From Armatimonadota bacterium (GTDB lineage: Bacteria; Armatimonadota; Armatimonadia; Armatimonadales; Armatimonadaceae): a stretch of 15,903 bases of DNA. Positions 1-8,001 of this stretch are shown one piece after another; position 1 is the first letter of the stretch, and the number at the start of each line of letters is the position of its first letter. The DNA is taken from the NCBI GenBank assembly GCA_043754515.1, contig JAYUUO010000065.1, positions 1 through 15,903 of the forward strand, given 5' to 3'. A model generated the notes under the pieces. The model did not search any database. It was not told the origin of the DNA and worked only from the letters and a program-made list of their open reading frames with translations. Made by a program: the position numbers and the translations under genes.

Positions 1-1
1 C

Positions 2-526
2 CGGCTTCAGCCACTTGAGGTAGAGCGCGGCGAGTTCGCCCCGCCGCTTGGTGCCCTGCGTCTGCGCGAAGCGAACGTCAAAGATCACGTCGAACGGGGC
101 GTCCGGCTCATAAGCATATACGTCGCCGGAGGTCAAAGTCATTGTGCCTCCTGGGCAGTATTCCTTCGCGACGCGTAAGGCACTCTTTGCCGCGTTATGG
201 CTCAGAAACGTATGGCCATTTTCCGTCACGTCCTCGCGCTCGGTGAACAATCGGCCGAGGATTTCGGCATCCCCTTCTCTCCCCGCCACATAGTTACAGG
301 CGAACGGTGATATATCCTGCGCGGTGACGGCGTAGCCCAGGTGCGCTAGCCCCAGCGGTAGGCACGATATGCCGTTCGCCGGGACGAATATCGTCCGGTA
401 GCCGCGCTCGGCGATGAACCCTCTCACATGATTGATGACAGACTCGCTACGTATAACGTACTCCCAGAGGGCCTTTACCTTGTCGGCGAGAGTACGCTCC
501 CAATATCTAATCCCAACCGCGCACAT
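2..526 (-). CDS. Class I SAM-dependent methyltransferase (TPMT-like), 3' end runs off the window; possibly the frameshifted C-terminal part of the upstream SUKH ORF
   Basis: Not in the ORF track; translated by hand from ATG 526-524: MCAVGIRYWERTLADKVKALWEYVIRSESVINHVRGFIAERGYRTIFVPANGISCLPLGLAHLGYAVTAQDISPFACNY...SGDVYAYEPDAPFDVIFDVRF...YLKWLKP(G). It has a motif I-like IFVPANG, post-I VTAQDIS, GD/FDVI motif II and LKPG motif III. The frame is open to the window edge. Confidence 0.75.
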   Translation of the reverse strand, partial: MCAVGIRYWERTLADKVKALWEYVIRSESVINHVRGFIAERGYRTIFVPANGISCLPLGLAHLGYAVTAQDISPFACNYVAGREGDAEILGRLFTEREDVTENGHTFLSHNAAKSALRVAKEYCPGGTMTLTSGDVYAYEPDAPFDVIFDVRFAQTQGTKRRGELAALYLKWLKP

Positions 527-1136
527 TGTTCTCGTCCCACGGCATCACCGCGTTCTTCTCGGCCCACCTCACCCTTTCCAGCAGTTCTTCGTGCAACACG
601 CCGGGCGCGGACTCCGGCTTTATTGCGGATCCATCGTCCTTTCGACGGAGATACACCGCCCCCCCAGTGACGCGATCAATAGCAAGGTCCGTCCCGCGCC
701 AGCCCGTCTTCAAGGTATGGCAGGTGCCGATCAGCACAAACCGATCGGGGACATTCGTGCGGCGCGGCGCGGCTTCGACATCGTGACGAGAGTATTCCTC
801 CGACAGGCCGATGCCCCGAATCATCAAGTTGCGAAAGAGGCCCCCGCCGCAGTGCGAAAGGATCCAGCGGTAGTCGTCGGGGAAGGCGACGCCCAGTCGT
901 TGCTCGGCGGCGGCTATTTCGGCTTCTCCGACGGCTCCAAAGGCGTGGTAGGCGTCTAGGAACGATGGCGTCGCCATCGCGGTGACGAGATAATTTCGCT
1001 CCGCCGCGACAACGAACTCGCTTTTGGCGACGACGACCTTGATCACGCCGAGTTTTGGCCACAGTGCCCTTCCTATCTCATATATGCCTCTGCCACACAA
1101 CACACATAGTACGCCTGTTAATATGGGGGGCAGCAT
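507..1136 (-). CDS. SMI1/KNR4 (SUKH) family protein; start uncertain (ATG 1136 or ATG 977)
   Basis: GAVGEAEIAAAEQRLGVAFPDDYRWILSHCGGG matches the SUKH core (EI..AE..LG..FP.DY..L....GG), followed by FVLIG and LAID...G.VY. The ORF-track start at 1238 overlaps the rfbA promoter and is unlikely. Confidence 0.75.
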   Translation of the reverse strand: MLPPILTGVLCVLCGRGIYEIGRALWPKLGVIKVVVAKSEFVVAAERNYLVTAMATPSFLDAYHAFGAVGEAEIAAAEQRLGVAFPDDYRWILSHCGGGLFRNLMIRGIGLSEEYSRHDVEAAPRRTNVPDRFVLIGTCHTLKTGWRGTDLAIDRVTGGAVYLRRKDDGSAIKPESAPGVLHEELLERVRWAEKNAVMPWDENNVRGWD

Positions 1137-1209
1137 GAGAGTCAGTTCGCCGCTTAGTCGGGGCAATCCTTTGCGGCGGTGTGTTTCGGGCGCGAACCGC
1201 CAACGCCGA

Positions 1210-1238
1210 TTGACAGCCACCGTTCCTGCCGTTATCAT
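1210..1238 (+). promoter_or_regulatory. Sigma70-type promoter for the rfbA operon
   Basis: TTGACA (1210-1215), 17-nt spacer, TATCAT (1233-1238); ATG at 1248. Confidence 0.8.
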
Positions 1239-1247
1239 AAAGTCCTT

Positions 1248-2135
1248 ATGAAAGGCATTGTTCTCGCCGGGGGTAGCGGCACGCGACTATATCCGGTGAC
1301 GCTCGGGGTGTCCAAGCAACTCCTCCCGATTTACGACAAGCCGATGGTCTATTACCCGCTCGCGACACTGATGCAGGGCGGGATCCGCGACATCCTTCTG
1401 ATCTCCACGCCGCACGACTTGCCGCAGTTCGAGCGGCTACTCGGTGATGGCTCGCAGTTCGGCGTTTCGATCAGTTATGCCGCGCAAGCCGCGCCCGAAG
1501 GTCTCGCGCAGGCGTTTCACATCGGGCGTGACTTCGTCGCGGGCGGTCCGGCGGCACTCGTGCTAGGTGACAACCTGTTCAACGGCGACAAATTATCGGA
1601 GCAACTCGCGGACGCGGCAAGCGCGGCGAAGCGCGAGGGCGGCGGCGCGACGGTGTTCGGCTACCGCGTCTCCGACCCCGAGCGGTACGGCGTGGTGGAG
1701 TTCGACGCCGCAGGTCGGGCCATTTCGCTTGAGGAAAAGCCGACGAAGCCGAAGTCCTCCTACGCCGTGGTCGGGCTGTATTTCTACGACGCGCGGATTA
1801 CCGACATCGCCGCGAGCATCGCGCCCTCCCCACGCGGCGAGTACGAGATCACCGACGTCAACAAGGTATACTTGGCGAGCAATCAACTGCACGTGGAACG
1901 GCTCGGGCGCGGCACGGCGTGGCTCGACACCGGAACGCACGACTCGCTCCTGGAAGCGTCGAACTATATCGCCGCCATCGAGCACAGGCAGGGCCTCAAG
2001 ATCGCTTGTTTGGAAGAGATCGCCTACGGGTGCGGGTGGATTGACGCGGATACCGTGGAGCGACAGATCGCCCGCCTCGGCAAGACCGAGTACGCCGCGT
2101 ACCTACGCCGCCTGCTGAGCGTTCAGGAAGGATAA
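1248..2135 (+). CDS. rfbA: Glucose-1-phosphate thymidylyltransferase RfbA/RmlA
   Basis: [54 protein letters not shown] and [10 protein letters not shown] are canonical RmlA motifs; the real start is ATG 1248. Confidence 0.97.
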   Translation: MKGIVLAGGSGTRLYPVTLGVSKQLLPIYDKPMVYYPLATLMQGGIRDILLISTPHDLPQFERLLGDGSQFGVSISYAAQAAPEGLAQAFHIGRDFVAGGPAALVLGDNLFNGDKLSEQLADAASAAKREGGGATVFGYRVSDPERYGVVEFDAAGRAISLEEKPTKPKSSYAVVGLYFYDARITDIAASIAPSPRGEYEITDVNKVYLASNQLHVERLGRGTAWLDTGTHDSLLEASNYIAAIEHRQGLKIACLEEIAYGCGWIDADTVERQIARLGKTEYAAYLRRLLSVQEG

Positions 2136-2138
2136 ATT

Positions 2139-2699
2139 ATGCAACCCGCCGAACGCCTCTCCCCCGCCGATCTATCGCAACGCTTCGCGTCGCTGGTCTC
2201 CACGCAGGAGTACCCGAAACGCGTCCTGCTCGAAGGGGTTCAGATCATTGACCTGCGTCTCCTGAACGACGACGGCGGCTCGTTCGCGGAGGTCGTTCGC
2301 TTCGACGGGAACGGGCGTTTGTTGCAGATCCCGGCGTTCCAGGTGCGGCAATCGTCCTACTCGCAGGTGCTACCGGGCGCGATCAAGGCGTTCCACCTGC
2401 ACTACAATCAGGAGGACGTCTGGTTCGTGCCGCCGACCGACCGGTTGCTGATCGGGCTGGTGGACGCCCGCGCCGCCTCGCCCACCACGGGGCAGACGAT
2501 GCGCTTCGTGATGGGCGGCGGCAAGGCGCAACTCCTGTATATTCCGCGCGGGATCGGGCACGGTTGCGCGAACCTGGGCACCGCCGCCGCGACGATTTTG
2601 TACTACGTCAATCAGCATTTCGACATTGCGGACCCAGACGAGCGGCGGTTGCCGTGGGATATGCTCGGTGCCGACTTCTGGGAGATAACGCAAGGCTAA
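2139..2699 (+). CDS. rfbC: dTDP-4-dehydrorhamnose 3,5-epimerase family cupin (RfbC/RmlC, SpsL-like)
   Basis: D..G.F.E, GAIKAFHLH...Q.D.WF, L.D.R..SPT.G and LYIPRGIGHG cupin motifs; 3 nt downstream of rfbA. Confidence 0.88.
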   Translation: MQPAERLSPADLSQRFASLVSTQEYPKRVLLEGVQIIDLRLLNDDGGSFAEVVRFDGNGRLLQIPAFQVRQSSYSQVLPGAIKAFHLHYNQEDVWFVPPTDRLLIGLVDARAASPTTGQTMRFVMGGGKAQLLYIPRGIGHGCANLGTAAATILYYVNQHFDIADPDERRLPWDMLGADFWEITQG

Positions 2700-2704
2700 A
2701 ACCT

Positions 2705-2956
2705 ATGGCTACCACCGAAAAATGTCACCATTGCGGCGGCTCCGACCTCGCGGCGGGCACGCTACAGTCCGGGAACGTTGACGCACGGGTCGTTATCGCG
2801 GGGCACCCGGACGGCTTTTTAGATGTGATCCCGTACACGAAATCGCCGATCCGCGCCGTCGTCTGCCGGTCGTGCGGCTACACGATGCTGTTTGCGACGC
2901 AACTCACCGACCTTCTCGCGATAGAACCGGAAGCACCTAAAAATGTCGGTTTTTGA
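2705..2956 (+). CDS. Small zinc-ribbon protein (83 aa), function unknown
   Basis: ATG 2705, 5 nt after the rfbC stop: MATTEKCHHCGGSDL...AVVCRSCGYTMLFA, two CxxC knuckles; overlaps the next gene by 14 nt. Confidence 0.8.
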   Translation: MATTEKCHHCGGSDLAAGTLQSGNVDARVVIAGHPDGFLDVIPYTKSPIRAVVCRSCGYTMLFATQLTDLLAIEPEAPKNVGF

Positions 2957-3515
2957 GGACGAGCCGGACGTATTCGCCGTGCCCGACGACTTCCCCCGCG
3001 TGCACTGGAAGCGCGAATGGGCGACGTTCGTGGCGTGCGAGAGCGAGGCGGGCGAGCCGACCGGCATCGCGCGTCCCGCCGCGCTCGTGTTCCCGTTCTA
3101 CGGAGACCGGGTCGTGCTCGCCGACATTGTGTCGCGGGGCTGGTGCATCCCGTCCGGCCATCTGGAGGCGGGCGAAACGGCGGAGGACGCCGTGCGCCGC
3201 GAATCGCTCGAAGAGTCGGGCGCGACGCTCGGCAAGACGGAGTACATCGGTTACTTCGTGCTGACCGACGCGGAAACCGGCGTCGTCCGGCACGCGCCGA
3301 CATTCATCGCGTCCGTGACGGCCATCGGAGCCATCCCCGACGGGACCGAGAGTCGCGGGTCCCAGCTAGCCGACGTCGAGGACGTCGCGACGCTCTACTT
3401 CGCATGGGACGCGCTACTCGCCGCCGTTTTCGCACATGCCTACTCCGAAAAGCAGACACGGCTTCGGGACGGAGTGTCGCTTTCCGACTTCATTACAGGG
3501 GGGAACACCGGATGA
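2943..3515 (+). CDS. Nudix hydrolase
   Basis: RGWCIPSGHLEAGETAEDAVRRESLEESGA is a complete Nudix box (GX5EX7REXXEEXG). Confidence 0.92.
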   Translation: MSVFEDEPDVFAVPDDFPRVHWKREWATFVACESEAGEPTGIARPAALVFPFYGDRVVLADIVSRGWCIPSGHLEAGETAEDAVRRESLEESGATLGKTEYIGYFVLTDAETGVVRHAPTFIASVTAIGAIPDGTESRGSQLADVEDVATLYFAWDALLAAVFAHAYSEKQTRLRDGVSLSDFITGGNTG

Positions 3516-3558
3516 AGCCGATGACATCTCCGTCAGCATCGCGGACAACAAACAAATC

Positions 3559-5700
3559 ATGAAACGCTTACTCGTTACCGGCGGGGCTGGATTCATCGGC
3601 TCGAACTTCGTGCGCTACATGCTCGGGAAGTACCCCGACTACCGCATCACGGTGCTGGACGCGCTCACGTACGCGGGGAACCTGGATAACTTCCACGACA
3701 TCCAGAACAACCCGAACTTCCAGTTTTTCAAGGGCAATATCGAGGATCCGGTGATCGTGGACAACCTCGCCCGGAACGTTGATTCAGTACTAAATTTTGC
3801 GGCCGAATCCCACGTAGACAGAAGCATTGACAACCCCGGCGCGTTTATCGAGACCGACGTGCGCGGCGTCTATGTGCTGCTCGAGGCCGCTAAAAAGTAC
3901 AATCACGAGCGGTATCTGCAAATATCCTGTTACGACGAAGCAACGCGCGCTCTGACCAAGAATGGACTGAAGCACTACTCGCAAATCAAGCCGGGAGAAA
4001 TAGTTCTTTCTCTCAATCTAGAAACCAAACTCATCGAAGAAAAAGTCGTCGACGAGGTCATTGTTCAGGATTACGACGGCGATATGGTGCGATTCAAAAG
4101 TAGTCGGATTGATCTGATGGTAACGCCAAACCATCGTATGCTCTTCACTACGCCGAGCCTTCCAGGAGTAATACGTACCGAAACCGCCGCGGAACTTTCC
4201 GAGCGGTCACTGGCACAGGCACCGCTCGGCGAGTGGCAGGGCAGATCGGAGGGGACGGTTTGCGTCGCTGGTATCGGCGCGGTAGATACAACAGACTTAT
4301 TCTATCTTTCTGGTTTGTTTATCGGTGATGGATTTACAGCGAAGCAGGAGCAGTTGCGCCCGAACAAAACGGGCTTGACCCGCGCGGAATATATCCGGTC
4401 AGGGCGTGATGCGAGCGGCCGCTTCATGCGGACAGGCAAGATTGGAACGGCCGAAACTACGACGATTACCTGTCACCGTATATTTTTCGATATTCCGGTT
4501 CATGATAAAGGGCGGAAACGCCTAGAAGAAACATTAAAACGCCTTGGTATTTCGTGGTCGGCGCATTCTGGAAGAGCGGGTGAGCATGTCTACTTTTCCT
4601 CCCAATCGTGGAGTGAATATTTTGCCCAGTTTGGGAAAGGGGCTGCAAACAAAACTATCCCTTCTTGGATGCTGTCGTTCGACGTTATTGCCCTCAAAGC
4701 ATTGTTTGACGGACTTATGGACAGCGACGGCCACTACCCTTTGCTCGGGAATGTCAATCCTCGCTTTTCTACCTCATCGTTCTACCTGATGACTTCGGTT
4801 CTAGAACTCGGTTTCAAGTTGGGATACCTGCCACGATTTACGGAGCGGGACAAAAGCGCATTCACAATCCTCAAAACCGGTCGGGTCATTCGACCAACGA
4901 TGCCTGCCTATATGGTATTTTTTCGCTCTGAGAACGTCGGTCTGAATAAAAACGTCGCTGTCAGGGAATCGTACCGCGGCAAGATATGGTGTCTGCGCGT
5001 GCGTGATAACAAAAACTTCATCGTCGAGCGCGGCGGCACGCTGACTTTCTGCGGCAACACCGACGAAGTGTACGGCAGTATTGACACCGGCTCCTTCAAG
5101 GAGGGAGACCCGCTGGAGCCGAACTCGCCCTACTCCGCGAGCAAGGCGGGCGGCGAACTGCTGGTACGCGCCTACCACGTCACGTACGGCGTTCCGACCA
5201 TCGTCACGCGCGGGTCGAACACGTTCGGGCCGTTCCACTATCCCGAGAAACTGATCCCGCTGATGATCACGAACGCCATAGACGACCTACCGCTCCCGGT
5301 CTACGGCGACGGCAAGCAGGTGCGCGACTGGATGTATGTGCTGGATCACTGCGCGGGGATTGATCTTGCCCTGCACGCCGGAACACCCGGCGAGATATAT
5401 AATGTCGGCGGGGGCAACGAGCGGTTCAACATAGACGTCGTGCGGGCGATTCTCGCGCACCTCGGCAAGGGCGAAGACCTTATCCGCTACGTGCGCGACC
5501 GTCCAGGACACGACCGCCGTTACGCGATTGACTGCGCGAAACTCGGCGCGCTGGGCTACGCGCCGGAAACCTCTTTTGACGCGCGGCTAGAGGAGACGGT
5601 GCGCTGGTACGTAGACAACGAGGCGTGGTGGCGCAAGATCAAAGAAAAGCAGGACGAGTACAAAAAATTTGCCGAACGCTGGTACGCCGACCGGCAGTAG
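3559..5700 (+). CDS. rfbB: dTDP-glucose 4,6-dehydratase RfbB/RmlB precursor containing an intein (713 aa; 336 aa after splicing)
   Basis: MKRLLVTGGAGFIGSNF, LTYAGN, FAAESHVDRSI, QIS|TDEVYG (split by the intein), PNSPYSASKA, YPEKLIP, RDWMYV.DH, DRPGHDRRYAID. The real start is ATG 3559. Confidence 0.96.
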   Translation: MKRLLVTGGAGFIGSNFVRYMLGKYPDYRITVLDALTYAGNLDNFHDIQNNPNFQFFKGNIEDPVIVDNLARNVDSVLNFAAESHVDRSIDNPGAFIETDVRGVYVLLEAAKKYNHERYLQISCYDEATRALTKNGLKHYSQIKPGEIVLSLNLETKLIEEKVVDEVIVQDYDGDMVRFKSSRIDLMVTPNHRMLFTTPSLPGVIRTETAAELSERSLAQAPLGEWQGRSEGTVCVAGIGAVDTTDLFYLSGLFIGDGFTAKQEQLRPNKTGLTRAEYIRSGRDASGRFMRTGKIGTAETTTITCHRIFFDIPVHDKGRKRLEETLKRLGISWSAHSGRAGEHVYFSSQSWSEYFAQFGKGAANKTIPSWMLSFDVIALKALFDGLMDSDGHYPLLGNVNPRFSTSSFYLMTSVLELGFKLGYLPRFTERDKSAFTILKTGRVIRPTMPAYMVFFRSENVGLNKNVAVRESYRGKIWCLRVRDNKNFIVERGGTLTFCGNTDEVYGSIDTGSFKEGDPLEPNSPYSASKAGGELLVRAYHVTYGVPTIVTRGSNTFGPFHYPEKLIPLMITNAIDDLPLPVYGDGKQVRDWMYVLDHCAGIDLALHAGTPGEIYNVGGGNERFNIDVVRAILAHLGKGEDLIRYVRDRPGHDRRYAIDCAKLGALGYAPETSFDARLEETVRWYVDNEAWWRKIKEKQDEYKKFAERWYADRQ
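3928..5058 (+). mobile_element. Intein with LAGLIDADG (DOD) homing endonuclease, 377 aa
   Basis: Block A CYDEATRALTKNG (Cys1); block B VTPNH; LAGLIDADG motifs LFYLSGLFIGDG (4297-4332) and LFDGLMDSDG (4702-4731); block F KIWCLRVRDNKNFIV; ends FCGN with Thr at +1. Removing it restores QISTDEVYG. GC is lower than in the extein. Confidence 0.95.
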
Positions 5701-5720
5701 GCGCGGGCCGGAATTCGTGG

Positions 5721-6842
5721 TCATTGGATCGTGGTCGTCAAGGGGCTATGCCACGCCATCACGGACACCCCCAGCCCACCTACTTGCGGGTCAATCGTTA
5801 GCACGTCGCCGACCTGCGTGAACCCGCCCGTGATCATTGCTTCAGCGTTCGTTAGCAGGTGTCCGTCGAGATCGAGGAGCGGCACGATCTTTTCGCCCAG
5901 CGCGACCGCCAGATGTAGTGCCGCCCCGATGCCGATGTGGGTCTCCATCATGCAACCGAAAAGGCACACGCCACCCGCTTCGTATGCCGCCCGCGCGATC
6001 GCTTCCGCCCCGGATAAGCCGGACTTCGCCAGTTTCAGCACCACCCCGCCGCAAATCCCGTCGCCGATCAGACGCCGCGCGTCCTGCGCGTCGTGGCACG
6101 ACTCGTCGGCATAGACCGGGATCACCGCCAGGAGGCTTCGATGCACTGTCGCCATCGCCGCGTCATCCCCCGCCGGGGTCGGCTGCTCAAACAGCTCTAT
6201 GCGCGGGAAAAGGTCTGTCAAGCCGTCGAAGAGCCAGAGCGCGGCGGCCGGGTCGAAAGCCTGGTTCCCGTCAAGTCGGAGGGTGGCGTCGGGTGCCGCT
6301 TCCGCGACGGCGCGGACACGCGCGATGTCTTCCGCCATATCGCCGGAACCGACTTTGAGCTTGAGGGCGCGGAACCCCGAACGCGCGGCTTCTGCGGCAC
6401 GGAGCCCCGCCTCGACCGGCGTCAGTATCGGGAGTGACAGGTCCGTCACGCGCGAGACGAGCGGGTTCGCCACCGCGTCCGGGTTCAGTAGGCGGTAGAG
6501 CGGTACCCCTAGGGCGCGTGCCACCGCGTCCCGCACCGCTATCTCGACCGCGCTGCGTGCGCCGGGGAAGTCCGCGAGTTCGTGCAAAGCGCGGGCCAGC
6601 ACCGCGTCCGGCGACTCCGGCGCGTGGTGTTCGAAGAAGCGGCGTAGCACGTCCACGACCGAGGCCTGCGTTTCGCCGGTGACATAGGTAGCGGGCGCGG
6701 ACTCACCTAGCCCGATAAACTCTCCGTCTAGCGTGATTGTCATCAGCACGTTGCGCGCGATGGTCGTCAGCCGCTTCGCCGAGCGGTACGGCGAGCGCAT
6801 CGGCACATCCCACGCGCGGGCACTCCAGTTCGTGATCATCAT
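5721..6842 (-). CDS. Dipeptide epimerase (L-Ala-D/L-Glu epimerase family, enolase superfamily)
   Basis: GLGESAP..YVTGET, KLKVG (KxK), LDGNQ, EQP, ADES, LKLAKSG, GCMME and DLDG motifs; likely start ATG 6842 or 6839. Confidence 0.9.
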   Translation of the reverse strand: MMITNWSARAWDVPMRSPYRSAKRLTTIARNVLMTITLDGEFIGLGESAPATYVTGETQASVVDVLRRFFEHHAPESPDAVLARALHELADFPGARSAVEIAVRDAVARALGVPLYRLLNPDAVANPLVSRVTDLSLPILTPVEAGLRAAEAARSGFRALKLKVGSGDMAEDIARVRAVAEAAPDATLRLDGNQAFDPAAALWLFDGLTDLFPRIELFEQPTPAGDDAAMATVHRSLLAVIPVYADESCHDAQDARRLIGDGICGGVVLKLAKSGLSGAEAIARAAYEAGGVCLFGCMMETHIGIGAALHLAVALGEKIVPLLDLDGHLLTNAEAMITGGFTQVGDVLTIDPQVGGLGVSVMAWHSPLTTTIQ

Positions 6843-6850
6843 AGGCGAGT

Positions 6851-6859
6851 ATGGTAGCA
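6851..6859 (-). promoter_or_regulatory. Possible extended -10 promoter for the epimerase gene
   Basis: The minus strand reads TGcTACCAT, 8 nt before ATG 6842; no good -35 element. Confidence 0.4.
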
Positions 6860-6918
6860 CGAATGATGCACAAACCGCGCGGAAAGTTTGTCGCCCAGTG
6901 TGTCAGGCGAACCAGTCC

Positions 6919-6947
6919 TTGACACCCGGTAGGCGACGTGGCACAAT
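6919..6947 (+). promoter_or_regulatory. Sigma70-type promoter for purS-purQ(-crp-tmk)
   Basis: TTGACA (6919-6924), 17-nt spacer, TGg extension and CACAAT (6942-6947); ATG at 6958. Confidence 0.75.
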
Positions 6948-6957
6948 ACGAATCGTT

Positions 6958-7206
6958 ATGCCTAAAGTTACCATCCACGTTATGCCGAAGCCCACGATCC
7001 TGGACGCGGAGGGGCGCACCGTGCGCGACGCGCTCCACAGCCTCGGTTTCGCGGGCGCGGACAACGTGCGCATCGGCCGTCACATCGAACTGTCCCTGCC
7101 GGACGCGACGGACGCAGAGACAGCGGCGAGCGAGGCGAGGGCGATGTGCGACAAACTGCTGGCGAACCCCGTGATCGAGGATTATCACATCGAGGTCGGG
7201 GCTTGA
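6958..7206 (+). CDS. purS: Phosphoribosylformylglycinamidine synthase subunit PurS
   Basis: 82 aa: V.PKPTILDAEG..V..AL..LGF...VRIGRHIEL...MCDKLLANPVIEDY; directly upstream of purQ. Confidence 0.95.
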   Translation: MPKVTIHVMPKPTILDAEGRTVRDALHSLGFAGADNVRIGRHIELSLPDATDAETAASEARAMCDKLLANPVIEDYHIEVGA

Positions 7207-7946
7207 GCGATCCCCTCAAGATCGGCGTCGTCGTGTTCCCCGGGTCGAACTGCGACCGGGACGCCGGATGCGCCTGGGCGTCTGACCTCGCGCTCGGCGA
7301 GACGGTATACCTGTGGCACGCGGAGACCCACCTACCCGCTGATCTAGCGGCGGTGATCGTGCCGGGGGGGTTTTCGTACGGGGACGCGCTCCGGGCGGGC
7401 GCGATTGCCCGGTTCGCCCCGATCATGGGCGCGGTCGCGGACTTCGCGAAAGACGGCGGGTTCGTGCTGGGAATCTGCAACGGCTTTCAGATTCTGTGCG
7501 AAGCGGGGATGTTGCCTGGCGCACTCGTACGTAACGAGCAGATGCGCTTCGTCTGCCGACACGTCAACCTGCGCGTCGAGACGACCCGCTCCCCGTTCAC
7601 GGCACAATACGCGAAGGGCGAGGTGGTCGCGGTACCCGTGGCGCACGGCGAGGGCCGGTACGTTTGCGACGACGCGACGCTCTCGGCACTCCAAGAAAGC
7701 GACTCCATCCTGTTCCGCTACTGCGCGGCGGACGGCAGTATCACCGGCGACGCGAACCCGAACGGTTCGCGCGACAACATCGCGGGGATAGTCGGCGGGG
7801 TTCGTCGCAACGTGCTGGGCATGATGCCCCACCCCGAACGCGCGGTGTTGACCCGCCTCGGGAGCGAGGGCGGGACGAAGTTGTTCACCAGCCTGCGCGA
7901 GTCGTTGATTATCGCGGACGTCGAACCGGTTATGCTGATCGCCTGA
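7203..7946 (+). CDS. purQ: Phosphoribosylformylglycinamidine synthase glutaminase subunit PurQ
   Basis: VVVFPGSNCDRD, PGGFSYGD, LGICNGFQIL, AHGEG.Y, NPNGS..NIAG and GMMPHPER; the probable TTG start overlaps the purS stop (TTGA). Confidence 0.96.
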   Translation: MSDPLKIGVVVFPGSNCDRDAGCAWASDLALGETVYLWHAETHLPADLAAVIVPGGFSYGDALRAGAIARFAPIMGAVADFAKDGGFVLGICNGFQILCEAGMLPGALVRNEQMRFVCRHVNLRVETTRSPFTAQYAKGEVVAVPVAHGEGRYVCDDATLSALQESDSILFRYCAADGSITGDANPNGSRDNIAGIVGGVRRNVLGMMPHPERAVLTRLGSEGGTKLFTSLRESLIIADVEPVMLIA

Positions 7947-8001
7947 ACGCCATCTATCGAAAGGTTTGGCGCGGGACCGCCGACCGCGCTGTCGCATACA
8001 A

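Noticed and set aside
3436..3558. ORF-track N-terminal extensions of rfbB (and likewise rfbA 1179, ZnR 2564, purS 6733, purQ 7146, Crp 7966)
   Set aside because: They overlap neighbouring genes or promoters and precede the conserved family N-termini, so downstream starts were chosen.
3928..5058. Class 3 intein assignment suggested by the block F Cys, or a group I intron/IS interpretation of the insert
   Set aside because: Cys1 is present and the class 3 Trp/Thr partners are absent. The insert is in frame without stops and has intein termini, with no inverted repeats or target duplication.
5701..5720. Expected bidirectional terminator between the convergent rfbB and epimerase genes
   Set aside because: Only 20 nt, with no convincing stem-loop or T-run.
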